Positions 9,845-17,826 of a DNA stretch of 41,840 nt are shown here, piece after piece; within the stretch, counting starts at the first letter, position 1; each line of letters opens with the position of its first letter. Source of the DNA: a candidate division WOR-3 bacterium (GTDB taxonomy: Bacteria; Hydrothermota; Tepidihabitantia; SM23-42; CAYGYG01); the NCBI GenBank assembly GCA_965648915.1, contig CBFGIV010000017.1, forward strand, positions 1-41,840, in the 5' to 3' direction. A program made the position numbers and the translations under genes. The notes beneath the pieces were generated by a model, which was not told the origin of the DNA, ran no database searches, and saw only the letters and a list, made by a program, of their open reading frames with translations.

Positions 9845-11116
9845 ATGAAGATCATCGGGATGGTTCTCGCCGGTGGACGGGTTGATGAACTGCTCGTCCT
9901 GACGATGAAACGGCCCAAGTCCGCTCTACCCTTTGGCGGGATATATCGAATAATCGATTTTGCCCTTTCCAATCTGATGCACTCCGGGATTGAGAATGTC
10001 GGGGTTCTATCCCAGTATCGGCCTTATTCTCTGATGAATCACATTGGACTTGGTGAACACTGGGATTTTGCTGGAAGAAAAAGGGGGATCCGCATTTTAC
10101 CGCCTTATCGGGGCGAGAAGGCATCAGACTGGTATAAAGGTACGGCTGATGCCGTATATCAGAATTTAAATTTCATCAATGAACATCAACCAGATCTAAT
10201 CTTGATTGTCTCGGCGGACCATATTTATCGTATGGATTATACCGGAATGATCGAACAGCACATTAACCGTAAGGCCGACCTCACAGTCGCATTTACCCGG
10301 GTCCCGCTGACGATGGCCAATCGTTTTGGTCTCGGTATTTTCGACCGCAAAGGTTTGCTGGTCGAATATCACGAAAAACCATCTGAACCCAATTCAGTCT
10401 GGGCTTCAATGACCGTCTATCTCTTTAAGAAAGAGGTGCTTATCCATCTCTTGAAGGCGAACGTGCGAGAATCGTCGCATGAGTTCGGTCGGGATATCAT
10501 TCCCAGGGCGATGAAGGGCTACCGGGTATTCGGCTACAAATTTAATGGTTTCTGGGAATATGCCCGGACGATCGATGCCTACTATCAGGCCAATATGCTC
10601 TTACTCAAAAAGAGTAAGATTGACCTTGCCCGCTGGCAGATCCGGACCAATCTCTATGAACGTAATCTTCTGGCCGATCGGCCGCCGGCGATAATTACCG
10701 CTCAGGCTGAGGTAAAGAACTCAATAATCAGTGATGGCTGCATAATTCGCGGTCGGGTGATAAATTCGATCCTCTCTCCAGGTGTGGTTGTTGAAAGAAA
10801 AAGTCAGGTGATAGACTCGATAATTATGCACGATACCTTCATCAGCCCGAACTGTGTAATAAGAGATATAATCTGCGACAAGGATGTCTATTTTGGCGAA
10901 GATACCATCTGTGGTGAAGGTGATTCACATCCCAATCAGGATTTCCCGAACCTCCTGAAAAAGGGTATAACAGTTATTGGTAAAGGTGCCCGGATACCGG
11001 AAAAGACTAAAATTGGGAAAAACTGTTTAATCTATCCGGATGTTACTGAAGGCTGTTTTGGCAAGAGTATTATCGACTCCGGTGAGACCGTAAAGGGATT
11101 GTATGAAGAAGAATAA
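9845..11116 (+). CDS. ADP-glucose pyrophosphorylase paralog with degenerate Gly-rich loop (GlgD-like)
   Basis: GlgC family motifs (PFGGIYRIIDF, WYKGTADAV, EKP, beta-helix), but LAGGRVDEL replaces LAGGxGSRL. Confidence 0.8.
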   Translation: MKIIGMVLAGGRVDELLVLTMKRPKSALPFGGIYRIIDFALSNLMHSGIENVGVLSQYRPYSLMNHIGLGEHWDFAGRKRGIRILPPYRGEKASDWYKGTADAVYQNLNFINEHQPDLILIVSADHIYRMDYTGMIEQHINRKADLTVAFTRVPLTMANRFGLGIFDRKGLLVEYHEKPSEPNSVWASMTVYLFKKEVLIHLLKANVRESSHEFGRDIIPRAMKGYRVFGYKFNGFWEYARTIDAYYQANMLLLKKSKIDLARWQIRTNLYERNLLADRPPAIITAQAEVKNSIISDGCIIRGRVINSILSPGVVVERKSQVIDSIIMHDTFISPNCVIRDIICDKDVYFGEDTICGEGDSHPNQDFPNLLKKGITVIGKGARIPEKTKIGKNCLIYPDVTEGCFGKSIIDSGETVKGLYEEE

Positions 11117-12371
11117 AATTGCTCTCCTTCTGGCCGGTGGGACGGGCTCACGCTTAAACATCCTTGCCTCGCTCCGGGCAAAACCTGCCATTCCCTTCGG
11201 TGGGATGTATCGCCTTATCGACTTTACCCTTTCCAATCTTATGCATTCCAATATTGAAGTCGTTGGGGTCTTAACCCAGTATAAACCATTCTCGCTAATG
11301 AACCACATCGTTAATGGCCAGGCCTGGGACTTTGTCGGTAGGATGCGCAATATCGAAATCCTTCCACCCCATACCGGTGAGAAGGCATCAGACTGGTATA
11401 AAGGCACAGCCGATGCCGTATATCAGAATTTAAATTTTATCAATGACTATGACCCGGAATTAATTCTGATTGTCTCCGGTGATCATATATATAAGATGGA
11501 TTATAATGAGATGATAAACTTTCATCTCGAAAAGAAAGCGCAACTGACTGTTGGTCTGATTGAGGTCCCATTAAAAGATGCTTCCCATTTCGGCATCGCC
11601 CAGATTGATGATAATGGCCGGGTTATAAATTTTGAGGAGAAACCGAAGATACCAAAGAATAATCTTGCCTCAATGGGTGTCTATGTATTCAATAGTGAGA
11701 TTCTGATCAAACGGCTCAGAGAGATTGTCCCGGCCGGCGGCAGGGATTTTGCAAAGGATCTCATCCCCAAGATGATTATGATGAACCGGGTCTTTGGTTA
11801 TCTCTTTCGTGGCTACTGGCGTGATGTCGGGACGATCCAGGCCTACTGGGAGGCAAATATGGATATCCTGAAGGAGGATTCAGGAATCGACCTGAAAGCC
11901 TGGCAGGTCCGGACCAATCTGGTCGAGAAGGGTGAAATCGGTGACCGCCCCTCAACTTTTTTTGGTTCATCGGCGCGGGTAAAAAATTCTCTTGTCTGCC
12001 GGGGGTGTCGAATTAACGGCACGGTGATCAATTCGGTCCTCTCCCCGGGCGTTGAGATTGAATCTGGTGTTGTTGTAAAAGATTCCATCATTTTCCACGA
12101 CTGTCTGATCGGCAGGGATTGCCGGATCGAACGGGCGATTATTGACAAGAATGTCCGGGTAGGAAAAGGTTCCGAAATAGGAATTACTGATGACCTGACT
12201 GTCAATCGGGACTTTCCCGACCATTTAAATACCGGCATCACCCTGATCGGCAAGAATGTCGTCATACCGGAAAAGATGAAGATCGGTAAAAACTGTCTTA
12301 TCTATCCAGGTGTAGTTGAGAGTGATTTCCGACACAAGGAGATTGCTTCCGGAGCGACGATAATAAAGTAA
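11103..12371 (+). CDS. glgC: Glucose-1-phosphate adenylyltransferase
   Basis: Canonical LAGGTGSRL..RAKPAIPFGG, SGDHIY, FEEKP and YWRDVGT motifs. Confidence 0.93.
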   Translation: MKKNKIALLLAGGTGSRLNILASLRAKPAIPFGGMYRLIDFTLSNLMHSNIEVVGVLTQYKPFSLMNHIVNGQAWDFVGRMRNIEILPPHTGEKASDWYKGTADAVYQNLNFINDYDPELILIVSGDHIYKMDYNEMINFHLEKKAQLTVGLIEVPLKDASHFGIAQIDDNGRVINFEEKPKIPKNNLASMGVYVFNSEILIKRLREIVPAGGRDFAKDLIPKMIMMNRVFGYLFRGYWRDVGTIQAYWEANMDILKEDSGIDLKAWQVRTNLVEKGEIGDRPSTFFGSSARVKNSLVCRGCRINGTVINSVLSPGVEIESGVVVKDSIIFHDCLIGRDCRIERAIIDKNVRVGKGSEIGITDDLTVNRDFPDHLNTGITLIGKNVVIPEKMKIGKNCLIYPGVVESDFRHKEIASGATIIK

Positions 12372-12374
12372 GGT

Positions 12375-13376
12375 CTATTCAATACTACTGTAGAAGACCG
12401 CAGGCCGGAGTTCGAGGAAGTCGTGTCCCTTCTGGATAATAGTTCTTCTTATATCCAGGCAGAGGTGGCAGATCGAAATATAACCCGTTGGGTCCTCATT
12501 GTAGTTAAAATCATTTTTGGCCATCTCGTAGAGGATTTTTATATCGGTACTCAAGGCCTTGATGAGGGGAAGTTGTGCTAAGTTTAAATCGCCGAACAAA
12601 TCGGTTGCATCGTTTATATTGCCCAGGGATAAACCACTACAATAGCCCGGAATGTAATTTCCATAGTTATCAAAATGGCAATGCCAGTTCCGGAATAATT
12701 CATCCCGACAGTTATGACCGAAGAAATGATCGGGTTTATATTTATAAAATAGATCTTTCAATTTATAAACTGCCCTGCCCATCGTAAGCAATTCAACAGA
12801 AGATAATGAGGCACGGGCTTTTTCAAAAAATTGCTGGGTGGACATTGTCCCTTTGATACCCATAGATTGGAAGATTTGGTAAAATTGGTACTGATAGATG
12901 ATGATATTATCTCCGAAGACTCTGGCACTCACCTGCACGCAGATTTCAGTTCTGGCAAATGGAATATATTCGAGGATGAAGGGATTGACACTGATGAGTA
13001 TCCCATCCAGACCCGCCTTCTTTAATTCCGACAATCTCTTTTCTGTGGTTGCTTCGTCCTTACACCAGAAACAGTTAGTCTCAACAAACCGCGAAGGGAT
13101 ATTGAATCGGGTTGCCATTCGGATTAACTCTAATAATAAATCGTAATTTAAAAATGGCTCACCTCCGGTAAAATGTAATCCATAATTTATCCCGATCCGG
13201 TTATCGGGCAGACCCTGGATACTCGCCTCAACCATTGTGAAAATCTTCTCGGCCTCCGACAATTTAATCCAGTCACTCTCCCATTTGGGGCCACAGTTAT
13301 ACATACAGTGCCGACAGGAAGCATTGCAGCGATAAGTGAGGAGCAGTCCCAGAGAGATCGGTTTTCTTAAGCGCAA
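12375..13376 (-). CDS. Radical SAM protein with extra C-terminal cysteines
   Basis: CNASCRHC and TGGEPF motifs; later Cys residues including CHLC. Confidence 0.9.
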   Translation of the reverse strand: MRLRKPISLGLLLTYRCNASCRHCMYNCGPKWESDWIKLSEAEKIFTMVEASIQGLPDNRIGINYGLHFTGGEPFLNYDLLLELIRMATRFNIPSRFVETNCFWCKDEATTEKRLSELKKAGLDGILISVNPFILEYIPFARTEICVQVSARVFGDNIIIYQYQFYQIFQSMGIKGTMSTQQFFEKARASLSSVELLTMGRAVYKLKDLFYKYKPDHFFGHNCRDELFRNWHCHFDNYGNYIPGYCSGLSLGNINDATDLFGDLNLAQLPLIKALSTDIKILYEMAKNDFNYNEDPTGYISICHLCLDIRRTIIQKGHDFLELRPAVFYSSIE

Positions 13377-14236
13377 TCGCCCTCCTGAGCCAATATCGCC
13401 CCTTCGAGTCTCCGGGCAAAGTTTGAATTCTTATAAGCCTTTAATCGCTCCATTGTAGTATCATAAGGGCCGATGGTCTCCTCTTCAAGGGTTTCAGCAT
13501 AATTCGCACGCGGATCGATCTGGTTGAGTCTTTTGATGAGAATCTCTCTCTCGTTTTTGGGCATAACTTGAGAATCGGTCATGGCTGCGGCCCGGGCAAA
13601 GATACCTTTTTTTAATAAGTAGGCTAAAGCCTTGAAAGGCAGTTCATAGTAGTCACCGATTGCACCGGTCCTTGATGTAAAACCCTCAGGGGTTGCAGCC
13701 TTGAATGAAACTCGAACATAGATAAACTTTTTAAACTTAGCCAGTAGATCAATGTAATCCGGTTGGGCACCGAGGATGAGACCATTTGTTTCAAGATAAA
13801 AAGGATAGCCGGTAGCTGAGATATATTCCAGCAGATTTATTAAGTGCCTCATCCCTAAGGTTGGTTCACAGCCTGAGATGCGTAATTTTCTAACTTTTAA
13901 ATTGCGGTACCTCTCCCAGCCCGGTGCGGTAATACCGGCCTGGGCCGATTTCAGAAGCGCCTCTGCCAGTTCCCCCGGAGAATAGAATTTACCAAACTTC
14001 TCTGGAAAGTCCCGGGACCAGTTGGTCCAGCAGTAGATACAACGGAGAGAGCAACCAACCGCATAGCCAGTAGCAATCCCACCATAGACCGGAGCCGAAT
14101 AGACATTGACATACTTCCTTTCCAGCCCTTCAGGACCTTCACGGGTCACAATCTTCTCGGTTAGTTCAGCAAGTTCTATCGGGTTGAACGGTTTAAAATC
14201 TCTGGTTAAAAAGCGCTGATATTTAAACCCGGCCAT
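13367..14236 (-). CDS. Radical SAM protein of an uncharacterised family common in archaea
   Basis: YGGIATGYAVGCSLRCIYCW, RISGCEP and LETNG motifs. Confidence 0.88.
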   Translation of the reverse strand: MAGFKYQRFLTRDFKPFNPIELAELTEKIVTREGPEGLERKYVNVYSAPVYGGIATGYAVGCSLRCIYCWTNWSRDFPEKFGKFYSPGELAEALLKSAQAGITAPGWERYRNLKVRKLRISGCEPTLGMRHLINLLEYISATGYPFYLETNGLILGAQPDYIDLLAKFKKFIYVRVSFKAATPEGFTSRTGAIGDYYELPFKALAYLLKKGIFARAAAMTDSQVMPKNEREILIKRLNQIDPRANYAETLEEETIGPYDTTMERLKAYKNSNFARRLEGAILAQEGDCA

Positions 14237-14242
14237 ACCATC

Positions 14243-14269
14243 ATTATATTTATTTTACTTTGATGTCAA
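14243..14269 (-). promoter_or_regulatory. Promoter of the radical SAM pair, leaderless geometry
   Basis: TTGACA-15-TATAAT on the minus strand; 6 nt to the ATG; no SD. Confidence 0.6.
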
Positions 14270-14466
14270 ATAGAAAATACAGAAATGGTTCAAATTCCCT
14301 GTTTCACGATTTTCATTATCATTGACAAAGAGCCTGTAATAAAATAGTAAGATGCAATGAATTGGAATGGATTAAAGAGTACAGTAAAGATTACAAAATT
14401 GAGAGAGAACAGAATTGGGACACAGTATTAAATTCAATATAGGGAATAATCGCTATAGTTATGATT

Positions 14467-15459
14467 TTATAATCCCTCAAAACGCGCAAAGGCAGGGAGA
14501 TTTAAAGGTGATGGCCCAAACCGCTTAAATCGTTCATAGCCACAATAGGCAATCATTGCCGCATTATCGGTACTGAGTTCGATTTTTGGCACCAGGACTT
14601 CCACCCCATACCGCCTTAACTCTTCTGTCATTCTTTCTCGCAGATAGTGATTGGCCGAGACACCACCCGCGATACCAAGACGATAGCAATTGAATTCTCT
14701 TACCGCCCTGATAGCCTTCTCAATCAAAAAATCAACTACAACCTTCTGAAAACGGGCACAGACATCTCTCTTTTTATAGTGTCGATGTCGCCTGATATAA
14801 TAAAGCACCGCAGTCTTCAAACCACTGAAACTGAAATCATAATCTTTTACTCTCGGTACCGGTAGATTAACTGCCTCACCATTACCCTCTTTTGCCAGCT
14901 CTTCGATATAAGGACCACCGGGATAAGGCAGGCCGAGCATTTTGGCAACCTTGTCAAATGCCTCACCGCAGGCATCGTCCAGAGTAGAACCGAGTATTAG
15001 ATATTCAAAGGGCTTTTTGACTAAAATCAATTCAGTGTGGCCACCAGAGATAATCAGTATTAGATAGGGGTAGTCCATTTTCGGATAATTTAAATTTAAC
15101 GAAAAGATATGACCTTCGATATGGTTGACACCAATAAATGGGATCCGAGCACCGATTGATAAGGCTTTGGCATAAGATAAACCAACCAGCAGAGCACCAA
15201 GCAGTCCAGGTCCATTAGTTACTGCAATCAGGTCGATCTCATTGAAACTCTTCTCTGCTACCTGAAGGGCGAGTCTGTTTATCGGGACAATAAGTTTGAT
15301 ATGAGTCCGAGCGGCAATTTCCGGGACAACACCACCAAAGTGGGTATGGGCTAACTGGGAGGTTGTAATATTGGAAAGGATCCTGGGTTGACCTCGAACA
15401 ACTTCTAAGACCCCGACCGAAGTTTCGTCACAGGAGGTCTCGATACCGAGAACAATCAT
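14467..15459 (-). CDS. tsaD: tRNA N6-threonylcarbamoyltransferase TsaD
   Basis: LGIETSCDET, GGVVPE, HIEGH, GEAFDKVA and TDNAAMI motifs. Confidence 0.97.
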   Translation of the reverse strand: MIVLGIETSCDETSVGVLEVVRGQPRILSNITTSQLAHTHFGGVVPEIAARTHIKLIVPINRLALQVAEKSFNEIDLIAVTNGPGLLGALLVGLSYAKALSIGARIPFIGVNHIEGHIFSLNLNYPKMDYPYLILIISGGHTELILVKKPFEYLILGSTLDDACGEAFDKVAKMLGLPYPGGPYIEELAKEGNGEAVNLPVPRVKDYDFSFSGLKTAVLYYIRRHRHYKKRDVCARFQKVVVDFLIEKAIRAVREFNCYRLGIAGGVSANHYLRERMTEELRRYGVEVLVPKIELSTDNAAMIAYCGYERFKRFGPSPLNLPAFARFEGL

Positions 15460-16370
15460 CTTAAAGTGATGTTAAATAATTTAGGTCTGGATTCGACAAG
15501 TTTTAAATACCGGGGAAGTCGGATCTCGGCAGGCAATGAATGTCTACCCCGGAATCTGCCTCGAAGATCGATCGTAATCGAAAAATCTTCTAAGGAAGAT
15601 GTCGCAATAATACTCCTGGGTCCTGAAATGGCAAGCGATTCGATATGAGGAGGTTCAATCTGGGCAGTTGCTCCGGGTGGAGTAATTATATGAATCGGGA
15701 CTTTTGTAAAAACACGGGTAATTGCCTCTTCAATTGTGATCTGAACAAAAGTTGAACAGGGAAAGATGCTGATGCTGTTGTCGGCCGGTGAATTTAAGGC
15801 AATAAATTTTGAGAAACTGCTGCTTTGATTGGAAAGAGAGAGTGGTTCGGTCAATATCTCCTTGATGTGTTGAATACGCTCTTTAGGCCCGATAATCTTC
15901 ACTCTGGTGTTTGACTGGATATCCTTCAAGGCAAATCCTGATTTTGGCTCTCCCTGGGTTATCACGGTCGGGGTGATGTATTTCTCGGCCTTTTCACTAA
16001 TCAAGAGATCGAGTTCCTTATGGGAGATCTTTGATATCACAATGTCGGCCGGGGGTGTGTTGATATTCTGGGTTGTCAGGGGCAGACTATTTTCTCCGAT
16101 ATGGGCCTGGGCAAGATTTAATGTGATCCAGGGTTGTTTAATCTTAAGTTTTAATAGCTCTCTCCCTTTGCCGGAAAAGGTAACCCAGACATTCGGAAGG
16201 TCAGAAGCAAGGATCAAGTTCTCTTTAAGATTCTTTGTTCGAATATTTAAGTTAAGGGTCATCTCGTAATTATGATCAAGCGCTACATAGACCCAGAAGG
16301 CGATTGTTACCAGAATCGCAATAATCTTCAGATGGAGGTCATAGATCAACCATTTGAGAAGTTTGGCCAT
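15456..16370 (-). CDS. CdaR/YbbR-like membrane-anchored protein
   Basis: N-terminal 'LKIIAILVTIAFWVYV' TM segment followed by YbbR-like beta repeats (V.FSG, GEP..GF, VKIIGP). Confidence 0.8.
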   Translation of the reverse strand: MAKLLKWLIYDLHLKIIAILVTIAFWVYVALDHNYEMTLNLNIRTKNLKENLILASDLPNVWVTFSGKGRELLKLKIKQPWITLNLAQAHIGENSLPLTTQNINTPPADIVISKISHKELDLLISEKAEKYITPTVITQGEPKSGFALKDIQSNTRVKIIGPKERIQHIKEILTEPLSLSNQSSSFSKFIALNSPADNSISIFPCSTFVQITIEEAITRVFTKVPIHIITPPGATAQIEPPHIESLAISGPRSIIATSSLEDFSITIDLRGRFRGRHSLPAEIRLPRYLKLVESRPKLFNITLR

Positions 16371-16375
16371 AAATT

Positions 16376-16403
16376 AATATACCTGAAAGGAAGATTTTGT
16401 CAA
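16376..16403 (-). promoter_or_regulatory. Promoter of cdaR-like/tsaD, leaderless geometry
   Basis: TTGACA-16-TATATT; 5 nt to the ATG; no SD. Confidence 0.65.
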
Positions 16404-16430
16404 GCAACTAAAGAGTCCAGAAAAAATTGT

Positions 16431-16458
16431 TTGACATTTGATTTATCTCAGATATAAT
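16431..16458 (+). promoter_or_regulatory. Divergent promoter
   Basis: TTGACA-16-TATAAT, perfect consensus. Confidence 0.75.
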
Positions 16459-16521
16459 CAGAAAGCTTTCTTTTTATTTTAAGGTGCTTTGGTCGATCAT
16501 TTGTCAGGAAAGGTGGTAGTG

Positions 16522-17517
16522 ATGAAATCGATCGGTTTGGTTCTGTTAAATTTAATCATTCTTTTCGGTCAACAGGGCGGCGCTGATCTATCACCCAGAA
16601 GTATCGGCCAGGATTCTACCCCATATGCGGTTCATTATAATTTCACCGGCCTAACCGGTGACACCGCATATTATATAAAGATCAGATTGCGTGCTCCAAA
16701 TAGCACTTACTACGGCTACACCTACAACCCCCAGACCGGGGTCTGGCTTTCGCAAACTGCGCCCTGGGTCAACCATCCGGTGGTCCGGACAAACTCGGCA
16801 GGGAGCCTATCGGGCTGGGTCTTCGGTCGTAATGCATACCATTCACCACCAGCCAGCGATGACACCATCCAGATTGTCTTAAGAATGGTCGGAACAACAA
16901 CCAACATCTACCCTACAGTTAAACCGCTGATCAACATCCTTGATATGACAAACCAGGGAGGCTGGCTTTACGGTCATATTTATGAAGATCCCGGTTTTCT
17001 CCGCCCCTTCAATAATCACCATATTCTTGCCTTCGGCGGAAACGTGATCCTCGGGATCTATACGACGGAAAAGAACGGCGTGCTTGAAGGATACGATTCT
17101 CTCAATATTGGCTACATCCGGATGGCATTACCTGCAGGCCGAATAGATTCACTCCAGGTGCGGGATTATAACAATAATCGAATAATTTCCTACCAGAAGA
17201 CCTCTCCCCCATGGTTAATCCGGGCCGGTGATTCTACAAATATCGATCGCCTCAATATCGCGGAATGGAAGAAAACCGAGCAGGAGGCAAGCAAGATTCA
17301 ATTATTGACCAATCCAGCAAAAGATATGGTGCGGATGGTCTATCCTTTGGCGAGAGATTATAAAATTACCGTTTATAACCCCTCGGGGCAGATTGTCTGC
17401 CGTCTGGCCAATGGGGTCACTATCTTTAAGCGTAACAATTTACCTTCAGGAATCTACTTCTTCGAATTCAAGCGCGGGACCATCAAGGAGGTATTTTCTA
17501 TTCTCTTTATTGATTGA
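16522..17517 (+). CDS. Secreted hypothetical protein with T9SS-like CTD
   Basis: Start moved to MKSIGLVLL (signal peptide, SD AAGGTGG); C-terminal 'NP...VYNPSGQ...LPSGIYF'. Confidence 0.75.
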   Translation: MKSIGLVLLNLIILFGQQGGADLSPRSIGQDSTPYAVHYNFTGLTGDTAYYIKIRLRAPNSTYYGYTYNPQTGVWLSQTAPWVNHPVVRTNSAGSLSGWVFGRNAYHSPPASDDTIQIVLRMVGTTTNIYPTVKPLINILDMTNQGGWLYGHIYEDPGFLRPFNNHHILAFGGNVILGIYTTEKNGVLEGYDSLNIGYIRMALPAGRIDSLQVRDYNNNRIISYQKTSPPWLIRAGDSTNIDRLNIAEWKKTEQEASKIQLLTNPAKDMVRMVYPLARDYKITVYNPSGQIVCRLANGVTIFKRNNLPSGIYFFEFKRGTIKEVFSILFID

Positions 17518-17520
17518 CAT

Positions 17521-17826
17521 ATGCCAGCACATACCTGCGATCGCTGTAAAAAAATTATACCGGAAGGAAAGCTGGTCTATTGTCTGATGATAAAAATCTA
17601 TGCCGATTTTGATGGGGTGATAAATATTGAAGATAAAAAGATTGATCTGGAAAAGGAATTTGCCAAGATAAAGGCATATCCTGAAGACCTTCTGGAGGAA
17701 GAGGTATACAAAGAGTTCTATTTCTACCTCTGCCCGAGATGCAAGGAGATATTTACTGCCAATCCCCTTAACTTAGGACTGGAGGGGTTGAAGATCCCGG
17801 ATTCGATGCCTCCAGTTGATGAATGA
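17521..17826 (+). CDS. Small zinc-binding protein
   Basis: CDRC...CPRC; its stop overlaps the dnaE start (ATGA). Confidence 0.75.
   Translation: MPAHTCDRCKKIIPEGKLVYCLMIKIYADFDGVINIEDKKIDLEKEFAKIKAYPEDLLEEEVYKEFYFYLCPRCKEIFTANPLNLGLEGLKIPDSMPPVDE

Noticed and set aside
14300..14315. TGTTTCACG parS half-site
   Set aside because: The second half does not match, so it is not a palindrome.
17515..17523. In-frame TGA-CAT-ATG between the CTD protein and the zinc protein
   Set aside because: The stop falls exactly at the natural end of a C-terminal sorting domain, and the next protein has its own ATG.
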